Below, piece by piece: positions 1 to 8,359 of a stretch of 64,000 nucleotides of DNA. The first letter of the stretch is position 1. Every line of letters starts with the position of its first letter. Below the pieces are notes generated by a model. The model was given only the letters and a program-made list of their open reading frames with translations. It did not search any database and was not told the origin of the DNA. Origin of the DNA: Chloroflexota bacterium. GTDB lineage: Bacteria > Chloroflexota > Dehalococcoidia > Lucifugimonadales > UBA3495. A program made the position numbers and the translations under genes. The stretch lies in the NCBI GenBank assembly GCA_028875055.1, contig JAPPGG010000072.1, positions 51,032 to 115,031 on the forward strand, read 5' to 3'.

Positions 1-1
1 T

Positions 2-190
2 GTCAACACCCATGGGACGGGATGTACCTTCGCGTCCGCCGCCGCCGCCGGCCTGGCCCAGGGCAAGTCGGTTTTGGACGCCGTGGCCCAGGCCAAGGAA
101 TTCGTAACCGAGGCCATCCGCCACTCATATCCGCTGGGTCAGGGCCACGGACCGGTCCACCACTTCTACCGCTACTGGTCATACCCCTAG
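2..190 (+). CDS. thiD: 3' end of hydroxymethylpyrimidine/phosphomethylpyrimidine kinase (ThiD), 5'-truncated by the window edge
   Basis: Frame 2 reads [62 protein letters not shown], with stop TAG at 188-190. THGTGC plus the GxGxGPVxH tail is the typical ThiD C-terminus. It is absent from the ORF track because there is no start codon in the window. Confidence 0.8.
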   Translation, partial: VNTHGTGCTFASAAAAGLAQGKSVLDAVAQAKEFVTEAIRHSYPLGQGHGPVHHFYRYWSYP

Positions 191-481
191 ACCAAAGCCA
201 GACCGAGTGTTCTGTTGGCGTTGGCAGCCATACTGTCGAGAGCCGACATCGCACTGACAGCCTCCGCGAATCTCCGAAAATGCGGTCTTAACACCGACTT
301 CCGTCCAGGGCGGGTGCGGAAATGTGAGGTTGCCAGAAGGAACGGCCGGCCTGCTGTTTGCCGGTCTTTGGAATTCTTTCCTGGGCTCTTCGGCATGTTC
401 TCGGTGACCCCATTCTTACTGTCCACTCCGGCCTGACTTGAGCTGAAGCTATGGCGCCACTGCCCGAGCGTCTTCTGCTCC

Positions 482-512
482 TTGCCCTGCTTTTCCGCCT
501 ATGGGCTATAAT
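482..512 (+). promoter_or_regulatory. Candidate sigma70-type promoter for ileS
   Basis: TTGCCC (482-487) and a perfect TATAAT (507-512), with a long 19-nt spacer. A GAGG Shine-Dalgarno lies 8 nt before the ileS ATG. Confidence 0.35.
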
Positions 513-553
513 ACCTTTTCGAAACCAAACCCCTCGTCCGAGGTAATTCAGCT

Positions 554-3500
554 ATGTTCACTCCCGTTCCCAGCCGGGTCAGTATGCCCGAGCTTGATGC
601 CCGCATCCTCCAATATTGGAAGGACAACGACGTCTTCCGCCGCAGCGAGTCGGAACGCCCAGATGCCCCCCTGTTCATGCTTTACGAAGGCCCTCCCACC
701 GCCAATGGCAGTCCCGGCATACACCACGTACTGGCCCGGGTGTTCAAGGACGTTATCTGCCGGTACCGCACCATGAAGGGCTACCGCTGTCTTCGCAAGG
801 GCGGCTGGGACACCCACGGGTTGCCCGTCGAGCTGGAAATTGAAAAGGAACTGGGCCTGAGTTCCAAGCGGGAAATCGAAGAGTACGGCATCGAAAAATT
901 CAACCAGAAATGCCGCGAGAGCGTCTTCCGCTACGTCAAGGAATGGGAGGTGATGACCGACCGCATCGGTTTCTGGGTGGACATGGACGATCCCTACGTT
1001 ACCCTGCACAACGACTTCATCGAGACCGGTTGGTGGATTCTCAAGAAGCTCTGGGACGACGGCCTGCTGTACGAGGGACTGCGGGGCACCCCCCATTGTC
1101 CCCGTTGCGAAACCAGCCTCAGTTCCCACGAGGTCGCGCTGGGTTACCAGGAAAACACCCCGGACCCCTCCGTGTTCGTCAAGTTCCGAATCACCGAACC
1201 GGCCGCCACCCTAACTATTGACGGTAGCGTTCCCACCTACTTCCTGGCCTGGACCACGACTCCCTGGACTTTGCCAGGCAACACGGCGCTTGCCGTGGAT
1301 GCCAATGCCCAGTACTCCCTCGTTGAACTGGAGGATGACGGAAACACGGAACGGCTGATCCTGGCTTCCGAGCTTCTGGAAACCAATGTCGAGCAGCCAT
1401 ACAACATCGTCGCAACCTTCAGCGGCGCGGACCTGGTGGATTCCGGTTACGAACCGCTGTACCACCCCGGCGTTTATGGCACTGATATCCGCCGCTTTGA
1501 GCACAAGGCAGGTCCGGGCGGCTCCCAAATAACGGAACTGGTTTCCACCAGTGATTTCGCTCCCAGAGTAGTCGCTGGCGATTTCGTCTCCATGGAAGAC
1601 GGCACCGGCATCGTCCACATCGCCCCAGCCTTCGGTGACGAGGACCTGGGCCTGGGTCGAGACAAGGAACTGGCATTTGTCCAGCCCGTCAACCTGACCG
1701 GCCTCATAACCGGCAATTATTCCTTCGCCGGCAAGTTCGTCAAGGACGCCGACGAAGACATAATGAAGGACCTCTCGGAGCGGGGTCTGCTGCATCGCCG
1801 GGACATTTATCGCCATACCTACCCCTTCTGCTGGCGCTGCGACACTCCCCTCCTTTACTATGCCAAGTCCTCCTGGTACATCCGTACAACCGCGCAGAAG
1901 GACCGTCTCGTGGAGGGCAACAGTTCCATCAACTGGTATCCCGATTACATCCGCGAAGGCCGGTTCGGCGAGTGGTTGAGGAACAACGTGGACTGGGCTA
2001 TTTCCCGTGAAAGGTACTGGGGCACCCCCATACCCATCTGGCAGTGCCCGGTGTGCAGCAACCGCGTTTGCGTGGGCGGTGTGGCGGAACTGAAGGACCT
2101 GGCCAACGGCAGCGTCGCCGAGCTGGACGAACTGGATTTGCATCGCCCTTACGTGGACGACGTGGTCTTGTCCTGCACCAAGTCGGGTTGTGGCGGGCAG
2201 ATGCGGCGGATTCCGGAAGTTATGGACGCCTGGTTTGATTCAGGGGCCATGCCCTTCGCCCAGTGGCACTATCCTTTTGACAATTCAGAAATCGAGGCCG
2301 ACGGCCGCTTCCCCGCCGACTATATCTGCGAGGCCGTGGACCAGACCCGGGGCTGGTTCTATAGCCTTCACGCCCTGGCCACCCTGCTGAAGGGTGAGCC
2401 CTCCTACAAGAACGTCATTTGCCTCGGTCTGATTCTGGACAGTCGCGGCCACAAGATGAGCAAACACGTGGGCAATGTGGTGCAGCCGGACACCATACTG
2501 GACGTCCAGGGCGCGGACGCCCTTCGCTGGTATCTCTTCACGGCCTCTCACCCCGGCGAACCCCGTCGCTTCTCCGACAAGCTGGTCAACGAGACCCTCC
2601 GGCGGGTGCTGCTGACGTTGTGGAACGTCTATTCCTTCTTCACGAATTACGCCAGCATTGACCAGTTCCATCCCGACCAGGTACCAGCGGACTGGAAGCC
2701 CGAAAATGAACTGGACCGCTGGATTCTTTCCGAGTTGAATGTCCTGGTTGAGCAGGTGGACGGCTACATGGATTCCTATAACCCCACCGACTCTGGTCGC
2801 CGGTTGCAGGAGTTTATCGACCAGCTTTCCAACTGGTACGTGCGCCGCAGTCGCCGTCGCTTCTGGAAGAGCGAGAACGACACTGACAAGCTCTCGGCCT
2901 ACGCTACCCTGTACCGGTGCCTGGTGACCGTTTCAAAGCTGATGGCGCCCCTGGCCCCCTTCATGGCCGAGGAAATCTACCGGAACCTGGTCTGCGTCGT
3001 GGATTCGGCCGCCCCGGACAGCGTACATCTGGCCAGCTATCCCGAACCCGATGCCACGCTTATCGACCGGGATTTGATGGAAGCCACCCGGCTGGCCATG
3101 CAGGTTTCCAGCATGGGGCGCGCAGCCCGTTCCCGCGCCGGCGTAAAGGTGCGGCAGCCCCTGGCCGAGGTCCGGGTCTGGGGCCACGCCGGCCATCTGC
3201 GCCAGGTGCAGGGTCAAATCCTGGAGGAGTTGAATATCAAGCAGCTGACGGTTCTCGACAAATTCGAGGGCGAGGCGCAGGCCTACTTCGACACCGTCCG
3301 GGACGCGACCCAGGCCAGCAACAAGGGCGAATTTGATGGTCGCGGTCTGCAGCAGGTTGACGACTACTGGGTTTCGGTGGAACCGGGCTGCCTGGTAGCT
3401 CTCGATACCAGGGTCTCTCCCGACCTTGCCGACGAGGGACTGGCCCGGGAGATCGCTCACCGCATCCAGGGTTTGCGCCGGACTGCCCAGTTCGACCTGA

Positions 3501-3688
3501 CCGACCGCATCGTAACCTACTACCAGGGGCCCGACGACGTGGCCAGGGTAATGGCAACCCACGCGGACTACATCAGCCAGGAGACCCTGAGCGAGGAACT
3601 GGTGGCCGGCTCCCTGGGTGACGCGGAAGGCAGCGAGACCCAGCAGTTCGAGGGCATGGAAGTCACCCTGGCCGTAAAACGGGTGTAA
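554..3688 (+). CDS. ileS: Isoleucine--tRNA ligase
   Basis: 1044-aa ORF with class I aaRS signatures: PPTANGSPGIHH (HIGH-type) and KMSKH (KMSKS-type). Overall IleS layout including the CP1 editing region. Confidence 0.97.
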   Translation: MFTPVPSRVSMPELDARILQYWKDNDVFRRSESERPDAPLFMLYEGPPTANGSPGIHHVLARVFKDVICRYRTMKGYRCLRKGGWDTHGLPVELEIEKELGLSSKREIEEYGIEKFNQKCRESVFRYVKEWEVMTDRIGFWVDMDDPYVTLHNDFIETGWWILKKLWDDGLLYEGLRGTPHCPRCETSLSSHEVALGYQENTPDPSVFVKFRITEPAATLTIDGSVPTYFLAWTTTPWTLPGNTALAVDANAQYSLVELEDDGNTERLILASELLETNVEQPYNIVATFSGADLVDSGYEPLYHPGVYGTDIRRFEHKAGPGGSQITELVSTSDFAPRVVAGDFVSMEDGTGIVHIAPAFGDEDLGLGRDKELAFVQPVNLTGLITGNYSFAGKFVKDADEDIMKDLSERGLLHRRDIYRHTYPFCWRCDTPLLYYAKSSWYIRTTAQKDRLVEGNSSINWYPDYIREGRFGEWLRNNVDWAISRERYWGTPIPIWQCPVCSNRVCVGGVAELKDLANGSVAELDELDLHRPYVDDVVLSCTKSGCGGQMRRIPEVMDAWFDSGAMPFAQWHYPFDNSEIEADGRFPADYICEAVDQTRGWFYSLHALATLLKGEPSYKNVICLGLILDSRGHKMSKHVGNVVQPDTILDVQGADALRWYLFTASHPGEPRRFSDKLVNETLRRVLLTLWNVYSFFTNYASIDQFHPDQVPADWKPENELDRWILSELNVLVEQVDGYMDSYNPTDSGRRLQEFIDQLSNWYVRRSRRRFWKSENDTDKLSAYATLYRCLVTVSKLMAPLAPFMAEEIYRNLVCVVDSAAPDSVHLASYPEPDATLIDRDLMEATRLAMQVSSMGRAARSRAGVKVRQPLAEVRVWGHAGHLRQVQGQILEELNIKQLTVLDKFEGEAQAYFDTVRDATQASNKGEFDGRGLQQVDDYWVSVEPGCLVALDTRVSPDLADEGLAREIAHRIQGLRRTAQFDLTDRIVTYYQGPDDVARVMATHADYISQETLSEELVAGSLGDAEGSETQQFEGMEVTLAVKRV

Positions 3689-3748
3689 GGCATTGACTGT
3701 TCCCAGCGGAATCGGGCAATTCATCTGCCCTTTTTCCCGTGAGTCCTG

Positions 3749-4567
3749 ATGCCTGAACTTCCTGAGGTAGAGAATGCCCGGCGGATTCTGCTGCGCGCGG
3801 AACTGCCGGGCAGTACCATTACCAGGGCCCACGTAAGCTGGGCGCCCACCGTCAAGTTCCCCTCCCTGGAAGACTTCGTGCTGGGCCTGCCCGTCAAGCG
3901 GGTAGAGACGGTTGAGCGCCGTGGCAAATACCTCCTGCTGCCCCTGGACACCGGGGAAACCTTCATAATTCACCTGGGTATGACGGGCGGCCTCACCATT
4001 CAACCTGCCGCTCGCGAGCTGGAACCCATGGTCCGCCACCATTTCGACCTGGACGACGGCCGCAGCCTCTGGTTCCGGGATCCCCGCAAGTTCGGCCACC
4101 TGTGGCTGACCGAAGAGCCCCACTCGGTATTGCCAGCCCTGGGTCCTGAACCCCTGTCCCAGGAATTCACGGCGGACGTCCTGCGGGAAAGGCTGGGACA
4201 GCGGGTTGCCCCGGTAAAGGCGCTGATGCTGGAACAGTCCGTCATTGCCGGGCTGGGCAATCTCTACGTGGACGAGTCCCTTTTTCTCGCGGGAATCCAT
4301 CCCGCCCGGAGCGCCTCAGACCTGACCCCATCAGAGTTTGCAACCCTGAGAGACTGCATTGTCCAGGCGCTGAATGCTGCTCTTGCCTTCTACGACCGGG
4401 CCCGGGAAGAACACTGGCCCGACCCTCCTTCGGCCCTCCATACCTGGACTGTTCCCCGCAAGGAAGGTAAACCCTGCCCTCGCTGCGGCAACCCCATCGC
4501 GACCATGCGTATCAGGGCGCGCGGCACCTTCTTCTGCCCCCACTGCCAGCCCCCTGCACAAGATTAA
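3749..4567 (+). CDS. mutM: Formamidopyrimidine-DNA glycosylase (Fpg/MutM)
   Basis: Starts MPELPEVE, with the catalytic N-terminal Pro after Met removal. C-terminal zinc finger CPRCGNPI...CPHCQ. Confidence 0.95.
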   Translation: MPELPEVENARRILLRAELPGSTITRAHVSWAPTVKFPSLEDFVLGLPVKRVETVERRGKYLLLPLDTGETFIIHLGMTGGLTIQPAARELEPMVRHHFDLDDGRSLWFRDPRKFGHLWLTEEPHSVLPALGPEPLSQEFTADVLRERLGQRVAPVKALMLEQSVIAGLGNLYVDESLFLAGIHPARSASDLTPSEFATLRDCIVQALNAALAFYDRAREEHWPDPPSALHTWTVPRKEGKPCPRCGNPIATMRIRARGTFFCPHCQPPAQD

Positions 4568-4674
4568 GCAGGCCCAGACATCCCTTACTCAATCGAGGGG
4601 TAGGGTCAGGATGGAGCTCACTCTCGCCAATTGCTACCCCACTGCAACCGAAATCGGCTTGAGCTCCCCCGCAG

Positions 4675-4703
4675 TTGACGCTAACAATGGCCTTGCATAC
4701 AAT
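4675..4703 (+). promoter_or_regulatory. Candidate promoter for the fusion gene at 4846
   Basis: TTGACG (4675-4680), 17-nt spacer, TACAAT (4698-4703). This leaves a leader of about 140 nt. Confidence 0.4.
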
Positions 4704-4845
4704 TGATTCGATGTCTGGCAAGCGCCCTTCTTGGCCCCATATCCGGGGCAGGGAATGCCAATGTGACAAGAATGTGGAGGCCTGAAAAGGCTCTAATCGG
4801 TTGCGGGTCTCATATCCGCCAACCATCAGCGGAAGGTGATTGTTA

Positions 4846-6906
4846 ATGGCTGACTACAGAAAGCATGAGGCGCAGGAGTGGGCGTGGGGGTTCCTCAAAG
4901 ACCAGTGGACCACCATCATGACTCCTTTTACTCCCGATAACCGCATTGACGAGGACGGTCTCCGGCGAAATATGCGGTACATTCAGAGCCTTGGCACCAG
5001 GGGCGGTGGCTGCACCTGGGGCATGGGCGAATTCTGGAGTCTCACCTTTGAGGAGCGCACTCGGGTGATGGATGTGGTCGCGGAGGAAGGCGCCGGACGC
5101 TGGGGAATCGCCGCCCACGTTACCCACACTTCCGTCAAGGATATGCTGGCCCTGGCCGACCGGGCCGAGGCCGACGGATTCGACCTCCTGGTGGTTGCGC
5201 CTCCCTACATGGTCGCCAAGACCGAGGAAGTCGTCTATGACTACGTCAAGACCCTGGCCGACCACACCAACCTGGCCATTATGTTCTATAACTCCCCCCA
5301 GTTTGGCATCGTGATGAGCCCCCAGGGACTGAAGCGTCTCTGCCAGATCCCCAACGTGGTGGGCGTCAAGGAAGCCAGCTTTAATCAGCAGACTTCCATC
5401 GAGACCCACCTGCTGGTGGGCAAGCAATCCATCATCAGCACGCCTGACGAGTGGATATACCCCAAGGCGAAGGAGCTGGGTTTCCACCAGCAGGTGATGT
5501 TCGCCAACACTTCCGACTGGCGCTTCGACACCCCCGAATGCAACAACTACGTCCAGTTCATCAACCGCGCCAGCCGGGGCGACCTGGACCTGGACTTCTA
5601 CAACGAGCACCTCAAGGACCTAAAGGCCCTTTCCGACAAATGGTGGGGGGGCACCGTCAAGAAATCCGGCGGCGTTCTTCCCGCTCCCATGTGCAAGTAC
5701 TGGGGCGAGCTTATGGGCATGGCCGGCGGCCACGTCCGTCCCCCGCTGATGCCGCTGACCGAGGACGAGAAAGCTGAACTCAAGCGCGAGCTAATGCCCC
5801 TGATTCCCCGCCCCCGGACTGCCAGCGTTCCCGCCCAGGCCAGGACTCACGCGCCCTGGTTGAACGAGAGCGTCGGCAGCGGCGCTGAAGGGTCCGGCAT
5901 GATGCTCCTGGTAAGCGTTCAGGACATGCCCGAGGCCCTGGAAGCGGACCGGGGGGGCGCAGACATTATTGACGTAAAGAACCTGCAGGAAGCCCTGGTA
6001 GGGTCCGGCCACCCAAACCTGGTGGAGGAAGTCCGACGGCGCATCCCCGCCCACAAACACGTCAGCGTTACCCTGGGTGTCGTACCGGATCAGGCGGGCA
6101 CGGTCGCCATGGCCGTCAAGGCGGCCGGTATGCTGAACGCCACTTCCGTCAAGGTAGGCTTCTGCGAGGCCACCTACGAGTCCGCCGTTGAAATTCTCCA
6201 GGGCGCCAGGGAAGCGCTGAGGGGCTACGACACCAAGCTCATCGGCTCCCTCTTTGCCGACAACCATCTCTTCAAGGGCGGCCTTGACCCGGACCTGATG
6301 GTCAAGCTGGCCATTGAAGGTCAGTGCGACGGCTTCCTGATTGACACCCTGACCAAGGACGGCCGCAACCTCTTCGACTTCATCCCCGAGACCCGCCTGC
6401 GGGAAATGGTGATGGAGGCCAAGCAGGCCGGCCTCAGCACCGCCCTTTCCGGCCACCTGAAACTCGACAATCTGGACGAGCTGGCCCGCGTGAACCCCGA
6501 CATCGTTGGCGTGCGCGGCGCCGTCTGCTCCAGCGGTGAACGCGACCGGGCCGTGGCCTGGGAAGCGGTGGCCCACTTCAAGGAACAGCTCGATCTACGC
6601 AAGTCCGGCCAAATAGACGTTCGCAGGCAGCCCGTGGGCGGCAACGGGCACAGCAACGGCAATGGCCACCACGACGGCTGGGCCGTGGTTGACGGTCGGG
6701 GCAAGAACTGCGCCGGCGTAATCGCCGCCCTCAGCCGCCAGATGGACGATGACCGGGGCTCCTTCGTTGAGGCCATTCTCCACGACGCCCTCAACATCTA
6801 CGACGTCATCTACTGGGCGGAACAGGCCGGCCACAAGCTGCTTACCCAGCGCAAGGAGGACGATGGCACCCTCCGGGTGCTGATCCAGCCCTTCGGCAGC
6901 AAATAG
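4846..6906 (+). CDS. Three-domain fusion: DapA-family class I aldolase (N) / MfnB-like DUF556 4-HFC-P synthase-like domain (middle) / TusA-SirA-like domain (C)
   Basis: ATG at 4846 is preceded by GGAAGGTGA; the track's TTG at 4840 is less likely. The N domain has APPY and GVKEAS (Schiff-base Lys) DapA motifs. From about 5899 the protein reads MMLLVSVQD...GGADIIDVKN...DIVGVRGAVCS, collinear with archaeal MfnB. After a G/N/H-rich linker it reads VDGRGKNCAGV...LRVLIQP, a TusA-like fold with CPxP degenerated to CAGV (Cys codon 6709-6711). Confidence 0.85.
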   Translation: MADYRKHEAQEWAWGFLKDQWTTIMTPFTPDNRIDEDGLRRNMRYIQSLGTRGGGCTWGMGEFWSLTFEERTRVMDVVAEEGAGRWGIAAHVTHTSVKDMLALADRAEADGFDLLVVAPPYMVAKTEEVVYDYVKTLADHTNLAIMFYNSPQFGIVMSPQGLKRLCQIPNVVGVKEASFNQQTSIETHLLVGKQSIISTPDEWIYPKAKELGFHQQVMFANTSDWRFDTPECNNYVQFINRASRGDLDLDFYNEHLKDLKALSDKWWGGTVKKSGGVLPAPMCKYWGELMGMAGGHVRPPLMPLTEDEKAELKRELMPLIPRPRTASVPAQARTHAPWLNESVGSGAEGSGMMLLVSVQDMPEALEADRGGADIIDVKNLQEALVGSGHPNLVEEVRRRIPAHKHVSVTLGVVPDQAGTVAMAVKAAGMLNATSVKVGFCEATYESAVEILQGAREALRGYDTKLIGSLFADNHLFKGGLDPDLMVKLAIEGQCDGFLIDTLTKDGRNLFDFIPETRLREMVMEAKQAGLSTALSGHLKLDNLDELARVNPDIVGVRGAVCSSGERDRAVAWEAVAHFKEQLDLRKSGQIDVRRQPVGGNGHSNGNGHHDGWAVVDGRGKNCAGVIAALSRQMDDDRGSFVEAILHDALNIYDVIYWAEQAGHKLLTQRKEDDGTLRVLIQPFGSK

Positions 6907-6943
6907 TTCCTGTACCGGTTCTCTCAGTTAACCAATCAGAGCA

Positions 6944-6977
6944 TTCACCCCTGCTTCCCACCGGGCGCAGGGGTGAA
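6944..6977 (+). terminator. Stem-loop downstream of the fusion gene
   Basis: TTCACCCCTGC (6944-6954) pairs with GCAGGGGTGAA (6967-6977), giving an 11-bp stem and 12-nt loop. The following T-tract (CACTTT) is weak. Confidence 0.45.
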
Positions 6978-7016
6978 CACTTTCAGGCCGCTACGCCGGC
7001 AGGGTGGTGAAGAGTA

Positions 7017-7637
7017 ATGGCTACCGAAGAACGCTGGAGCATGAAGGGCGACTACTTCGAGAACTGCAACTGCGAAATTCTTTGCCCCTGCATCGTGGGA
7101 GGCGGCCCCGCTGTCCCGACGGAGGGTCACTGCGACGTCGCCTTTGCCTTCCACATCCAGGAGGGCGAGTACCAGGGAGTTGCCCTGGACGACCTCAATT
7201 TCATCGTGGTGGCCTACACTCCAGGCATCATGGGCGACGGCGACTGGACCCTGGCCAACTACCTGGACGAGCGGGCCGACCAGTTCCAGCGCGCCGCCTT
7301 CGGGCGCCTGATGTCCGGTGAAATCGGCGGCCCCTTCGAACGCTGGATGCGCCTGACATCCAACTATCTGGGAATCAGCTACTGCCCCATCTCCTTTACC
7401 GCCGACGGTCACCAGCGCAGCGTCAGGATTCCCGGCATCATTGACTTCAACGTCAAGGGACTGGTCGTCGGTCGCCGTACTGAAGCCATGACCCTTATCA
7501 ACACCGGCCACCCGGTCAGTTCATCCCTGGCCCTGGCCGAAGGCGCCAGCAGTGTCTATACCGACCACGGAATGACCTGGGACAACACGGGAAAGAACGG
7601 CCACTACTCAACCTTTGAGTGGAGCTGGCCCCGATAG
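7017..7637 (+). CDS. DUF1326 family protein
   Basis: The N-terminus W.MKGDYFENCNCEILCPCIV matches the Cys-rich DUF1326 signature as I recall it. Length is about 206 aa. Confidence 0.75.
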   Translation: MATEERWSMKGDYFENCNCEILCPCIVGGGPAVPTEGHCDVAFAFHIQEGEYQGVALDDLNFIVVAYTPGIMGDGDWTLANYLDERADQFQRAAFGRLMSGEIGGPFERWMRLTSNYLGISYCPISFTADGHQRSVRIPGIIDFNVKGLVVGRRTEAMTLINTGHPVSSSLALAEGASSVYTDHGMTWDNTGKNGHYSTFEWSWPR

Positions 7638-7679
7638 AAGCGGGGAAAAGCAGGCAGGAAAAGGGAGGTATTACCCCGA

Positions 7680-7880
7680 ATGTGCCGGAGCATAAAGAAA
7701 CTGCGAGCTCAGGAGCCCTCCGCCATGCCTGAGGATGTGAGCGCCGCTGCCCTGCAGTTTGTCCGCAAGATCAGCGGCTATCGGACACCTTCACGCGCCA
7801 ACGAGGCCGCCTTTAATCTGGCCGTCGCCGAAATCTCGGTTGCCTCGGAGAAGTTGCTGGCCTCCCTCGAGAGCCGTTAA
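7680..7880 (+). CDS. DUF2277 family small protein
   Basis: MCRSIKKLR...AAALQFVRKISGYRTPSRANEAAFNLAV matches the conserved MCRNIK...AALQFVRK(I/L)SG pattern. 66 aa. Confidence 0.75.
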   Translation: MCRSIKKLRAQEPSAMPEDVSAAALQFVRKISGYRTPSRANEAAFNLAVAEISVASEKLLASLESR

Positions 7881-7899
7881 ACGCGCCCTGACCCGCGGG

Positions 7900-8322
7900 T
7901 CAGGAGACATTCCCCCCGTAGAGGTGGTCCGGTACCACAATAATCGCCGAGCGCCGTTGCTCCACCATGGCCCGGTCGTATTCTTCCCAGTCCGGGTGTT
8001 CCGTGGCGGCGGCCGTGCGGAACACGTCCCTCAGGGCCAGGCGCAGTTCATCGGCGTCGGTGTTATCGGCCGACAGCAGTCGCGCCGAACCCTGCAGCAC
8101 GATATACGCCGACCAGTTCTCCCGCGCCACCAGCAGTGTGCACTGAGGGTTGCGGCGCAGGTTCTTCAGCTTGGCCCGGTCTTCCGTGGTAGTGAATGCC
8201 ACCCCGTCCTGCAGCGGCCCGCAGGTGATGATGCTCATCTGCGCCGAACCGTCTCTCCGGAAGGTGGTCAGAACGCCCCTCCGGTTGTCAGCCACGAATT
8301 TCTTCAGGTTGTCGTCCAGCAT
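7900..8322 (-). CDS. PPOX-class (pyridoxamine 5'-phosphate oxidase-like), probably F420/FMN-dependent, oxidoreductase
   Basis: 140 aa. GVLTTFRRDGSAQMSII...AKLKNLRRNPQCTLLV is typical of split-barrel PPOX family proteins. Confidence 0.7.
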   Translation of the reverse strand: MLDDNLKKFVADNRRGVLTTFRRDGSAQMSIITCGPLQDGVAFTTTEDRAKLKNLRRNPQCTLLVARENWSAYIVLQGSARLLSADNTDADELRLALRDVFRTAAATEHPDWEEYDRAMVEQRRSAIIVVPDHLYGGNVS

Positions 8323-8359
8323 AACCTCTCCGCTTGTTCCTGTTTTTTCCGGCAGCGAC

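Noticed and set aside
335-375. SRP (4.5S) RNA, because GCCAGAAGGAACGGCC superficially resembles the conserved CCGGAAGGAAGCAGCC of helix 8. I also examined the ffh upstream region 10952-11375.
   Set aside because: The would-be tetraloop is AGAA, not GNAR. The AGCA symmetric-loop residues and the 5'-side GGUCA partner are missing, and no extended closing helix could be drawn.
191-553. T-box leader upstream of ileS.
   Set aside because: I looked for the T-box consensus (AANNGGGTGGTACCGCG-like) and a specifier-loop architecture. No GGGTGGNACC-type sequence is present on the + strand.
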